Assembly (NCBI RefSeq): GCF_009914755.1
Contig: NC_060930.1
Source: the human T2T-CHM13v2.0 reference genome, Homo sapiens
Length of the DNA: 64,000 bases
Reading direction: 5' to 3' (one strand)
A program made the translations under genes and the position numbers. Under the pieces are notes generated by a model. That model was not told where the DNA came from. It saw only the letters and a program-made list of their open reading frames with translations, and searched no databases. Numbering within the stretch: position 1 is the stretch's first letter; each line of letters opens with the position of its first letter. Positions 27,668 to 41,175 of the stretch are shown piece by piece.

Positions 27668-30070
27668 GGGTGCCTGGGGCAACCACCAGCCCATGCCATC
27701 ATCCTCGCAGAGCCCTGAGTATGCTTGACTATTGAGGGCCGGGAAGTTAACTGTCTCCTGGACACTGGTGTGGCCTTCTCAGTCTTACTCTCCTGTCCTG
27801 GACAACTGTCCTCCGGATCTATCACTATCTGAGGGGTCCTAGGACAATCACTCACTAGATACTTCTCCCAGCCACTAAGTTGTGACTAGGGAACTTCACT
27901 CTTTTCACATGCTTTTCTAATTATGCCTGAAAGCCCCACTCCCTTATTAGGGAGAGACATTCTAGCAAAAGCAGGAGCCATTATACATCTGAACATAGGA
28001 GAAGGAACACCCGTTTGTTGTCCCTTGCTTGAGGAAGGAATTAATCCTAAAGTCTAGGCAACAGAAGGACAATATAGATGAGCAAAGAATACCCATTCTG
28101 TTCAAGTTAAACTAAAGAATTCCGCCAGGCTGTTTTTCCTCTATACCCAGCTGTACCTAGCCCTTATACTCTGCTTTCCCAAATACCAGAGGAAGCAGAG
28201 TGGCTTACAGTCGTGGACCTTAAGGATGCCTTTTTCTGCATCCCTGTACATCCTGACTGTCAATTCTTGTTTGCCTTTGAAGATCCTTCGAACCCAACAT
28301 CTCAATTCACCTGGACTGTTTTACCCCAAGGGTTCAAGGATAGCCCCCTTTTATTTGGCCAGGCATTAGCCCAAGACTTGAGCCAATTCTCATACCTGGA
28401 CACTTTTGTCCTTCAGTACATGGATGATTTAATTTTAGCCACCTGTTCAGAAACCTTGTGCCATCAAGCCACCCAAGAGCTCTTAAATTTCCTCGCTACC
28501 TGTGGCTACAAGGTTTCCAAATGAAAGGCTCAGCTCTGCTCACAGCAGGTTAAATACTTAGGGCTAAAATTATCCAAAGGCACCAGGGCCCTCAGTGAGG
28601 AATGTATCCAGCCTACACTGGCTTATCCTCATCCCAAAACCCTAAAGCAACTAAGAGCGTTCCTTGGCATAACAGGTTTCTGCGGAATATGGATTCCCAG
28701 GTATGGTGAAATAGCCAGACCATTATATACACTAATTAAGGAAACTCAGAAAGCCAATACCCATTTAGTAAGATGGACACCTGAGGCAGAAGTGGCTTTC
28801 CAGGCCCTAAAGAAGGCCCTAACCCAAGCCACAGTGTTAAGCTTGCCAAGGGGACAAGACTTTTCTTTATAAGTCACAGAAAAAAAGGAATAGCTCTAGT
28901 AGTCCTTACTCAGGTCCGAGGGAAGAGCTTGCAACCCATGGCATACCTGAGTAAGGAAATTGATGTAGTGGCAAAGGGTTGGCCTCACTGTTTACAGGTA
29001 GTGCTGACAGTAGCAGGCTTAGTATCTGAAGCCGTTAAAATAATACAGGGAAGAGATCTTACTGTGTGGACATCTCATGATGTGAACAGCATACTCACTG
29101 CTAAAGGAGACTTGTGGCTGTCAGACAAATATCAGGCTCTATTACTTGAAAGGCCAGTGCTGCGACTGCACACATGTGCAACTCTCAACCCAGCCAAATT
29201 TCTTCCAGACAATGAAGAAAAGATGGAACATAATTGTCAACAAGCAATTGCTCAAACCTATGCCACTTGAAGGGACCTTTTAGAGGTTCCCTTGACTGAT
29301 CCTGACCTCAACTTGTATACTGATGGAAGTTCCTTTGCAGAAAAAGGACTTCAAAAAGTGGGGTATGCAGTTGTCAGTGATAATGGAATACTTGAAAGTA
29401 ATCCCCTCCCTCCAGGAACTAGTGCTCAGCTGGCAAAACTAATAGCCCTCACTCAGACACTAGAATCAGGAGAAGGAAAAAGGGTAAATATATATACAGA
29501 CTCTAAGTATGCTTACCTAGCCCTCCATGCCCATGCAGCAATATGGAGAGAAAGGAAATTCCTAACTTTCAAGGGAACACCTATCAAACATCAGGAAGCC
29601 ATTAGGAAATTATTATTGGCTGTACAGGAACCTAAAGAGATGGCAGTCTTACACTGCTGGGGTCATCAGAAAGGAAAGGAAAGAGAAATAGAAAGGAACC
29701 ACCAAGCGGATATTGAAGCCAAAAGAGCCACAAGGCAGGACCCTCCATTAGAAATGCTTACAGAAGGACCCCGAGTATGGGGTAATCCCCTCCAGGAAAC
29801 CAAGCCCCAGTACTCAGAAGAAGAACTAGAATGAGGAACCTCATGAAGACATAGTTTCCTCCTCTCCAGATGGCTAGCCACCAAAGAAGGAATAATATTT
29901 TGCCTGCAGCTAACCAATAGAAATTACTTAAAATCCTTCACCCAACCTTTCACTTAGGCATTGATAGCACCCATCAGATGGCCAAATTATTATTTACTGG
30001 ACCAGGCCTTTTCAAAACTATCAAGCAGATAGTCTGGGTCTGTAAAGTGTGCCAAAGAAGTAATCCCCTG
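27668..30070 (+). pseudogene. pol: HERV-W pro-pol (protease, RT, RNase H, start of integrase)
   Basis: Protease LLDTG (DTG 27761-27769); RT DLKDAFF/LPQG/YMDD (ORF 28213-28524); RNase H YTDGS...TDSKYA (ORF 29292-29834); multiple stops. Confidence 0.92.
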
Positions 30071-30093
30071 CACTGCAGGCCATATATTTCAAT

Positions 30094-30325
30094 CCCTGCA
30101 TCTTTAACCTCCTTGTTAAGTTTTTCTCTTCCAGAATCAAAGCTGTAAAACTACAAATCATTCTTCAAATGGAGCCCCAGATGCAGTCCATGACTAAGAT
30201 CTACCACGGACCCCTGGACCGGCCTACTAGCCCAAGCTCCAATGTTAATGACATCGAAGTCACCCCTCCCAAGGAAATCTCAACTGCATGACCCCTACTA
30301 TGCCCCAATTCAGCAGGAAGCAGTT
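30094..30325 (+). pseudogene. env: HERV-W env cytoplasmic-tail remnant (syncytin-1-family C-terminus)
   Basis: Reads PCIFNLLVKFFSSRIKAVKLQIILQMEPQMQSMTKIYHGPLDRP...STA*PLLCPNSAGSS; PPT gagagggggga follows at ~30374. Confidence 0.88.
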
Positions 30326-30385
30326 GCAGCAGTTGTCGGCCAACCTCCCCGACAGCACTTGGATTTTCCTGTTGAGAGGGGGGAC

Positions 30386-30455
30386 TGAGAGACAGGACTA
30401 GTTGGATTTCCTAGGCCAACTAAGAATCCCTAAGCCTAGGTGGGAAGGTGACCAC
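30386..30455 (+). mobile_element. HERV-W 3' LTR, first 70 bp
   Basis: Matches 23474-23543 with 3 mismatches; ends in TSD copy ACCAC (30451-30455). Confidence 0.95.
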
Positions 30456-30887
30456 TTTCATGCGCGTCCATGTGAAGAGACCACCAAACAGGCTTTGTGT
30501 GAGCCACAAGGCTGTTTATTCACCTGGGTGCAGGCAGGCTGAGTCCAAAAAGAGAGTCAGTGAAGGGAGATGGGCTGGGGCCGTTTTATAGGATTTGGGA
30601 AGGTAATGGAAAATTACAGTCAAAGGGGGTTGTTTTCTGATGGGCAGGGGTGGGGGTCACAAGGTGCTCAGTGGGGGAGCTTCTGAGCCAGGAGAAGGAA
30701 ATTCACAGGTTTAGTCACTCAGTTAAGGTGGGGCAGGAACAAATCACAATGGTGGAATGTCATCAGTTAAGGCGGGACGGGGCCTTTTCACTTCTTTTGT
30801 GATTCTTCAGTTACTTCAGGCCATCTGGACGTATACGTGCAAGTCACAGGGGATGCGATGGTTTGGCTTGGGCTCAGAGGCCTGACA
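30456..30887 (-). promoter_or_regulatory. HERV-H 3' LTR (LTR7Y-like)
   Basis: Reverse complement runs TGTCAGGCCTCTGAGCCC...GCGCATGAAA; minus-strand AATAAA at 30515-30520; PPT aagaaggcaggaa adjacent. Confidence 0.93.
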
Positions 30888-31507
30888 TTCCTGCCTTCTT
30901 ATATTAATAAGAAAAAGAAAACAAAATAGTGTTGAAGTGTTGGGGCGGCGAAAATTTTTGGGGGTGGTATGGAGAGAGAATGGACGATGTTTCTCAGGGC
31001 TGCTTCAAGCAGGATTAGGGGCGGTGTGGAAACCTAGAGTGGGAGAGATTAAGCTAAAGGAAGATCTTGTGGTAAGGGGTGATATTGTGGGGTTATCAGA
31101 AGAAACATTTGTCGTATAGAATGACTGGTGATGGCCTGGATACAGTTTTGTATGAATTGAAAAACTGGAATAAGAGAAGGAGAAAAACAGGTATAAAAGG
31201 TCTAAGAATTGGGAGGACCTAGGACATCTGATTAGAGAGTGCCTAAGGAGATTCAGCATAGTCCTGCCAGCAAAGATTATTTATTTACTTCAAGAGTTTA
31301 GAGTGGCAGTTTGGGGATAGCACCAGGAGATATCAGCTGTGATGGCTTGGAGAAACAGTGTAAACCAGCAGTGTAAATAAGAGCAGGGCATGTATGAGTA
31401 GTTGAGAATGGTGAATAGGAGTATGACTAGACAAAAGATAGTAGGGATGACAAGTTTTTTTGAGGGACAGTCTAAGTTGGTCTGGTGTTGAATGAGACTG
31501 GGGCCTA

Positions 31508-32739
<1,232 letters not shown>

Positions 32740-32753
32740 AAAAAGGAGCGTCT

Positions 32754-34865
32754 ATACAGGAGCTCAAATGGGCTGTACCTTGTAGCATTCTGAGGACAGG
32801 CCTGAATTCTGAGAAGCGAAAGTGATAAAAGTATTGTCCAGTCCTTTTTAAGTTGGTGGCTGAGCTTGGTGAGGTGTGTTTTTAAAAGACCTTTAGTCCG
32901 TTCTACTTTTCTTGAAGATGGAGTACCGTAAGGGATATAAAGGTTTCACTGAATACTAAGAGCCTGAAAAACTGCTTGGCTGATTTGACTAATAAAGGCT
33001 GGTCTGTTATCAGACTGTATAGAGGTGGGAAGGCTAAACTGAGGAATTATGTCTGACAGTAGGGAAGAAATGACTGTGGTGGCCTTCTTAGACCCTGTAG
33101 GAAAGGTCTTTACTTATTCAGTGAAAGTGTCTATTTAGACTAAGAGGTATTTTAGTTTCCTGACTCGGGACATGTTGAGTAAAGCTAATTTGCCAGTCCT
33201 GGGTGGGGGCAAATCCTCGAGCTTTATGTGTAGGGAAGGGAGGGGGCCTGAATAATCCCTGTGTAGTAGTAGAATAGCAGATGGAACACTGAGAAGTTAT
33301 TTCCTCGAGGATAGATTTCCATGATGGAAAGGAAATGAGAGGTTCTGAGAGGTGGGCTAGTGGCTTGTACTATAGCATAGCCTGCCTTTGCTGGTGTGTG
33401 GCGATTAGGCCTGGTGGAACTGCCATCAATAAATCAAGCATGATCAGGGTGAGGAACAGGAAAGAAGGAAATATGGGGAAATGGGGTGAATATCAGGTGG
33501 ATCAGAGAGATACAGTCATGGGGGTCAGGTGTGGTATCAGGAATAATGTGAGAGGCCAGATTGAAGTCCGGGCCAGGAACAATGGTAATTGTGGGACTTA
33601 AATAGTGAGTACAGCTGAAGGAGCCAGGGAGCAGAAAGTATATGTGTCAGGTATGAGGAAGAAAATAGATTTTGGAAGTTATGAGAAATGTAGAGAGTGA
33701 GTTGAGCATAGTTTGTGATTTTTAGGGCCTCTAACAGTATTAAAGCAGCAGCAGCTGCTGCACACAGACATGAGGGCTAGGCTAAAACAGTAAGGTCAAG
33801 TTGTTTGGACAGAAAGGCTACACGGTGTGGTCCTGGCTCTTGTGTAAGAATTCTGACCACACTAACCATGCCTAGGAAGGAAAGGAGTTGTTGTTTTGTA
33901 AGGGATTGAGGTTTGGGAGATTAATCGGACATGATCAGCAGGGAGAGCACGTGTGTTTTTATGAGAATTATGCCAAGATAGGTAACAGATGAGGATGAAA
34001 TTTGGGCTTGGCTGAAGTAATGGGGGCTGTCTGTGAAGCCTTGCGGCAGTGCAGCCCAGGTAATTTGCTGAGCCTAATGGGTGTCAGGGTCAAACTAAGT
34101 GAAGGCAAAGAGAGGCTGGGGTGAAGGGTGCAAAGGAATAGTAAAGAAAGCATGTTTGAGATCCAGAACAGAATAATGGGTAGTAGAGGGAGGTATTGAG
34201 GATAGGAGAGTATATGGGTTTGGCACCATGGGTTGGATAGGCAAAACAATTTGGTTGATAAGGCACAGATTCTGAACTAACTTGTAAGGCTTGTCTGGTT
34301 TTAGGACAGGTAAAATGGGGGAATGGTAAGGAGAGTTTATAGGTTTTAGAAGCCCATGCTGTAGCAGGTGAGTGATAACAGGCTTTAATCCTTTTAAAGC
34401 GTGCTCTGGGATGGGATATTGGCATTGAGTGGGGTAAGGGTGATTAGGTTTTAATGAGATGGTAAGGGGCGCATGATTGGTCACCAAGGAGGGAGTAGAG
34501 GTATCTTATACTTGTGGGTTAAGGTGGGGGAATACAAGAGAAGGACGCAAAGGAGGCTTTGGATTGGGAAGAAGGGCAGCAATGAGATGCGGCTATAGTC
34601 CAGGAATAGTCAGGGAAGCAGATAATTTGGTTAAAATATCTCGGCCTAATAAGGGAACTGGGCAGGTGGGGATAACTAAAAAAGGGTGCATAAAAGAGTA
34701 TTGTCTAAGTTGGCACCAGAGTTGGGGAGTTTTAAGAGGTTTAGAAGCCTGGCTGTCAATACCCACAACAGTTATGGAGGCAAGGGAAACAGGTCCTTGA
34801 AAAGAAGGTAATGTGGAGTGGGTAGCCTCCGTATTGATTAAGAAGGGGACGGACTTACCTTCCAC
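32754..34865 (-). pseudogene. pol: HERV-H pro-pol remnant (integrase tail continues below 31523)
   Basis: Protease FLINTEATHS; RT LPVLKPDKPYKLVQ...LDLKHAFF; LPQGFTDSPHYFSQA joined directly to QISSSSVTYLG (YxDD block missing); integrase ...YSPFELLYRRSF at the L1 target. Confidence 0.88.
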
Positions 34866-34899
34866 TGTGAGAGTTATCCAAAGCTCGGCGTCTGTGATG

Positions 34900-36104
34900 G
34901 TCTATGGGGCTTCCGAGGTGATCAGGCAGCGTCAGTCTTCAGCCGCTAAGCCCAAAAGGAGTCAGTCAGAGAGCCTTGGGCCAGAGTTCCAGGGGCTCTG
35001 GGAGTGGCTGCCAGGTGAGCTGAACAGTCCGATTTCCAGTGGGGTCCCGCACAGATGGGACACGGCTTAGGAGGAATCCTGGGCTGCAGGCATTCCTTGG
35101 CCTGGTGGTCAGATTTCTGGCACTTGTAGCAAGCTCCTGGGGGAGGAGGTTCTGGAGGAACGCCTGGCTGCTGCAGTTCAGGCGTTTGGAAGTTCTTGTG
35201 TGCTGGAGATGTGGCTGGGGTTTGTCTCACAGTGGAGGCAAGGAATTGCAACTATTTTCTGTTATTGCACACCTTGAAGGTGAGGTTAATTAAGTCTTGT
35301 TGTGGGGTTTGAGGGCCAGATTCCAATTTTTGGAGTTTTATTTAATTTCGGGAGCAGATTGGTTAATAAAATGTATATTGAGAATAAGACGGCCTTTTGA
35401 CATTTTAGGGTTGTAAAGTGTCTCAGGGTTGCTGCCAAATGAGCCATGAACTGGGCTGGATTTTTATATTTGATGAAAAAGAGCCTAAACGCTTCTGATT
35501 TGGGATAAAGAAAAAGGAGCATTAACCCTGACTATGCCTTTGGCTCCAGCCACCTTTTTAAGAGTAAATTGCTGGGCAGGTGGGGGAGGGCTAGTCACGG
35601 AACGAAACTGTAAGCCAGACCAGTTGTGAGGAGGGGAGGTGATAAAAAGATTATAGGGTGGAAGAATTGGGACCTAGCTCAGCCTGGCGAGGAGGGGAGA
35701 GGTCAGATAGGTTTGTAGAAAAGGAATATTAGAAAGACTCAGTGACGCTTGGGGTTGGGACTGAGGGGACAGGCAGGGGGGAAAGAAGGAAGATTTGGGA
35801 TGAGTTGCACTGGGCACAGAGACTAGGAAGGGACTGATGTGTAAAAGAATGCCTGGACATCAGGCATCTCAGACCATTTGCCTATTTTACAAGAATTATT
35901 CAGATCTTGTAGGATGGAAAAATTGAAATTGCTGTTTTCTGGCTATTTGGAACTACTGTCGAGTTTGTATTGGGGTCAAGCGGCATTGCAGAAGAAAATA
36001 AGGCATTTAGGTTTTAGGTCAGGTGTGAGTTGAACAGGTTTTAAGTTTTTGAGAACACAGGCTAAGGGAGAAGAAGGAGGAATGGAAGGTGGAAGCTTAC
36101 CCAT
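34900..36104 (-). pseudogene. gag: HERV-H gag remnant
   Basis: MGKLPPSIPPSSPLACVLKNL from the ATG at 36104; two knuckles CYKCQKSDHQAKEC and CPICAGPHWKSDC in ORF 34946-35251. Confidence 0.88.
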
Positions 36105-36190
36105 AGTGAAGGAGGCAAGCCCAGAGAAAAGAGTAGAGACACAGAGAAGGGGTGGGGGGTTCTTGCCCTCCAGAAAAGCACAGAAGGGGT

Positions 36191-36653
36191 TGGGGCATGG
36201 AAATAAGGGATTGGGGCACAGAGATAAGAGGTCAGTGTGCGGAAATAAGGGATTGGGGTGCAGAGATACGAGGTTGGGGCACAGAAATAAGCGATTGGGG
36301 CACAGAGATAAGAGGATGGGGTGCAGAAATAAGGGATTGGGGCACGGAAATAAGGGGTCGGGGCATGGAAATAAGGGGTCAGGGCACAGAAATAAGGGAT
36401 TGGGGTGCAGAGATAAGAGGTTGGGGCATGGAAATAAGGGATTGTAGTGCAGAGATATAAGAGGTTGGGGTGCAGAAGTAAGGGATTGGGGCACAGAGAT
36501 ACGAGGTTGGGGTGCAGAAATAAGGGATGGGGAACAGAGATAAGAGGTCGGGGTGCAGAAATTAGGGATTGGGGCACAGAGATAAGAGGTTGGGGCACAG
36601 AAATAAGGGATTGTGGTGCAGAGATAAGAGGTTGGGGCATGGAAATAAGGGAT
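36191..36653. repeat. 21-bp minisatellite, 22 units, in the HERV-H leader
   Basis: Units tggggYRYRgaaataagggat and tggggYRcagagataagaggt, mostly alternating; one 23-bp and one 20-bp unit. Confidence 0.95.
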
Positions 36654-37234
36654 TGGGGGTTCTTGCCCCATAGAAAAGTGGGACTTGCCGCTAAGGGTGA
36701 AGGAGAGGGGGTTGAGGGGTACTTGCCCCTCTCCCAGAAAAGCAGAGAAGGAGTAGAGACAAGGAGAGAAGGGGTTGAGGTACTTGCCCCTTCCCCAGAA
36801 AAACGGGACTTGCCGCTAAGGGTGAAGGACCAAGGCAGGCGTCCCTGTGTGGTCTGACACCCTTGAAACCTGTGTGTTTAATCAGAGAGGCATCCCTGCA
36901 ATGATTAAACACCAAGGGAAGACTGTCTTCCCAGTCTATGACCAGCGCCGGAGTTTTGGGTCCATGGATTAAATATGTCTCCTTTGTCTCTCCCAGAAAA
37001 TGAAAGGAATTGAAATTAAGAGAAGGGAGAGATTGAAGAGTGGAAAGGAGAAAGTGGTTGAGGGACAGTGAGAGAGCTTGGAGAAGAGAGTAAGAAGAGG
37101 CTGCTTACCCAATTTAAAATTGGTGAGATGTTCCTTAGGCTGGTGGGTCTGAGGACTCGAGGTCATAGGTGGATCTTTTTCATGGAGCAAAGAGCAGGAG
37201 GACAGGGGATTGATCTCCCAAGGGAGGTCCCCCG

Positions 37235-37252
37235 ATCCGAGTCATGGCACCA
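37235..37252 (-). other. Primer binding site, tRNA-His
   Basis: Reverse complement TGGTGCCATGACTCGGAT vs canonical TGGTGCCGTGACTCGGAT (one CpG transition). Confidence 0.92.
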
Positions 37253-37254
37253 AA

Positions 37255-37688
37255 TTTCATGCGCGTCCGTGTGAAGAGACCACCAAACAGGCTTTGTGTG
37301 AGCAACAAGGCTGTTTATTTCACCTGGGTGCAGGTGGGCTGAGTCCGAAAAGAGAGTCAGCGAAGGGAGATAGGGGTGGGGCCATTTTATAGGGTTTGGG
37401 AAGGTAATGGAAAATTACAGTCAAAGGGGGTTGTTTTCTGGTGGGCAGGGGCGGGGGTCACAAGGTGCTCAGTGGGGGAGCTTCTGAGCCAGGAGAAGGA
37501 AATTCACAGGGTTAGTCACTCAGTTAAGGTGGGGCAGGAACAAATCACAATGGTGGAATGTCATCAGTTAAGGCAGGGCAGGGCCTTTTCACTTCTTTTG
37601 TGATTCTTCAGTTACTTCAGGCCATCTGGGCATATACATGCAAGTCACAGGGGATGTGATGGCTTGGCTTGGGCTCAGAGGCCTGTCA
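37255..37688 (-). promoter_or_regulatory. HERV-H 5' LTR (LTR7Y-like) promoter
   Basis: U3 carries 'GACATTCCACCATTGTGATTTGTTCCTGCCCCACCTTAACTGAGTGA' (type Ia/LTR7Y pattern as I recall it); minus-strand TATAAAA at 37385-37391; GC/KLF boxes at ~37373, 37448, 37526. Confidence 0.88.
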
Positions 37689-37693
37689 ACCAC

Positions 37694-38411
<718 letters not shown>

Positions 38412-38537
38412 GAATGACTGGATAGTAGACTATTGAAATAGACCAGGACAGAAATAAGGGATTGCATTAGACCAGGAGTACTTATAGTGCAAAGTAAGTG
38501 CTAAGTTTTCTTTTTCTGTTTTTTTTTTTTCCTGGAA

Positions 38538-39525
38538 ACTTTTTAAAATTTCAACTTTGATTTTATATTTAGGGAGCATGCATGCATGTTTGTTACAATG
38601 ATGTATTGTGCAGTGCTGAGGTTTGGGTGCAATTGATTCAGATAGTGAGCATAGTACCCAAGAGGTAGTTTTTCAGCCCTTGCACTCTCCCTCCTTCTCC
38701 CCTTTTGGAATCGTCAGTGTCTAGTCTTCCCATGTTTGTGTCCATGTACATCCAATGTTTAGCTTCTTCTTATAAGTGAAAATATGTGAGATTTGGTTTT
38801 CTGTTCCTGCATTAATTTGCTTAGGATAACAGACTCCACCTAATTCCATGTTTCTGCAAAGGACAAGACTTTATTCTTTTTTATATTTGGGTAGTATTCC
38901 ATGGTGTATATATACCACATTTTTTTTTATCCAATTCACCATTAATGGGCATTTAGGTTGATTCCATGTCTTTGCTATAGTTTATAGTGCTGAAATTAAC
39001 ATACATGTACATATGTCTTTTTGGTAGAATGATTTATTTTCTTTCAGGAGTTGAATGGTAGCTCTGTTTTAAGTTCTTTGAAAAATTGCCAAACTGCATT
39101 CCACAGTGGGTAAACTAATTTACATTCCCACCAACAATGTATAAGCATTCCCTTTTCTCTTCAGCCTCGCCAACGTCTGCTGTTTTTTGTTGTTGTTGTT
39201 GTTGTTTGTTTGTTTTTTGCCTTTTTAATATTAGCCATTCTGACTGGTGTGAGATGTTACTGTTTTGATGATTACTGTCTCTGATGATTAGTGATGTGAA
39301 GCATTTTTTCATGTTTACTGGCTGCTTGTATGTCTTCTTTCATGAAGTGCTTGTTCATGTTTTTTATGCACTTTTTAATGAGGTTATTTGTTTTTTGCTT
39401 GTTGATTTGTTTTAGTTCTTTCTTGATTCTGGATATTAAACCTTTGTCAGATGCATAGTTTATGAATATTTCCTCTCCTTCTGTAGGGTGCCTGTTTACT
39501 CTTTTGATAGCTTCTTTTGCTATGA
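38538..39525 (-). mobile_element. 5'-truncated old L1PA15/16-L1PB-like element
   Basis: 'tttcaactttgattttatatt', 'gatagtgagcatagtaccca', 'gtagtattccatggtgtatatataccac', 'attctggatattaaacctttgtcagatg'. Confidence 0.9.
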
Positions 39526-40999
39526 AAATGTTGCATTTAAAAGGTGTTGCAGAAACTAAGTCAATTGGATTTGGTGATAAATTATATGTAGTTAAGTGAG
39601 AGAGAAAGAAATTTCAACAACATGCAGGTTTCTCTCTTGGACCTCCTATAGTAAGCAGAGAAAAAGAAGCAGGTTACATGATAGGGGTGGAAAGAACCAG
39701 TTTGCTTCTGAACATACTAGGTTCTAGATGGAACACCTAGATTTAAATGTTTCATAAACAACTTGAAATATGCATTATGAGCTCAACACTTGAAATAAAA
39801 CAGGCATTCCATTAATATTTTCTCAATGTTCAGATGCAAAATTTTAAATGAGATGAAATTAGGCCAGCTTAACTTGTCACAGTTGCAATATATTCCAACT
39901 CTTCAAGGAATAGTCTTGTATTTGCATCACATATTATTCTTGTGCTAGGTAATGCAGTCTGTGTCCTAGCCCAGCTTCCAGGGCTAAATTCTGCACTATA
40001 CTACATTACTTGTGACCCAGACATAAAATCAACAGTGCAATTACAGAAAGTGGCTCTGAATCATCTCCCTGCAAGAAACGCTATTGCGTTTCCATTTTTC
40101 TTTGGTACAATTTAAAAGGTATACTGTCACATCGTTTTACTAAATGTTTAACTACTATTCTTGAATTAGAAAATGTTTAATTTGGATGTGATCACAAAGA
40201 ACACAATACACAAAAGAGAGAGATGTGATGGGCCTTGGAATTAGAGGCATATTTTTTTCCATTCTTTGAGCTAATACTCTGTTACAGTTCTAAAAATGTT
40301 ACAGAGCTACTTTGCAAGGTGAATGGAAAAAGTGCTTTCCATAGTTTTTCATTATGACAAAATATAATTCTGTTTATTTCATTAAATAATCATTGAATCA
40401 TTAAAGAATCCATACAAATTAAATAACTTACTGTGCTTTATAAGGCCATGTTAAAAGAAACTCCATGAAAATTTGTGGCATGAATGAAAGCATTTTCTAT
40501 TGAGATGATCCTTACTCTTTAAGCTAATAAGAAAAAGATATTTATTCCTTGTGGGTCATAAAAGGACTCATAACACTCATGAATTATGAAAATCTTCTGT
40601 AACTGATGAGAATTAGTAAAAGAATCACGAGATTACATTATAAATTAATATAATTTAAAGTGTGTTTTTCTTTCCATTTGCATACTGATTTATTGCTTTC
40701 ATATCACTGTCTCATTAAATAATGTAAATATAATTATAACACACATAATTACATATCCTAGTATAAGTTCCCTGTCAAAGGAAGAAAATTGCTGTGTTTA
40801 TTTGAGGATACTTAATTATTACATATACAATTTGTGCATATGTCTTACTGTGTTTTTCTAGAAAGAGATGCTACATATTAAATTAAATTATATCCAAAAT
40901 TATTAGTTTGTTTTTTATTCTTCCTGATATTAACAACCATGAAGAACCTCAGATAAAAAGGCCTCAATATTAATAGAAGCAAAATTCACTAATATGACA

Positions 41000-41175
41000 T
41001 TTAACATAGGTCATTTCATTAATCCTGAAAATCTCACATAGTAATACTATTGACTCAGGCTTAAAAAATAAATATTTTGCCCCCAAATCACATACCTAAT
41101 AATTGACAGAGCTATCTTAGTCTCAACCATCTACTTTAATTCAGAATGTAAATCTTAACATTTGCTCTCTACTCC
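41000..41175 (-). mobile_element. MIR fragment
   Basis: 'tcatttcattaatcctgaaaa', 'ttgcccccaaatcacatacctaataattgacagagct'. Confidence 0.5.

Noticed and set aside
28213-29834. HERV-W RT/RNase H ORFs as a coding-competent pol
   Set aside because: Separated by stops and frameshifts; RT N-terminus and most of integrase are deleted.
30094-30325. Syncytin-1 (ERVW-1) gene
   Set aside because: Only ~230 bp of env tail remain, with an internal stop and the non-syncytin four-codon signature.
33990-34060. Missing YxDD block in HERV-H RT as a locus-specific novelty
   Set aside because: Such pol deletions characterise the common amplified HERV-H form.
36191-36653. CRISPR-like regular array
   Set aside because: Units abut with no unique spacers, there are no cas genes, and the context is a primate ERV leader; it is a minisatellite.
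36049-36857. Plus-strand ORFs with GNKGLGH/EIRDWGT repeats
   Set aside because: Antisense translations of the same 21-bp array; no independent coding evidence.
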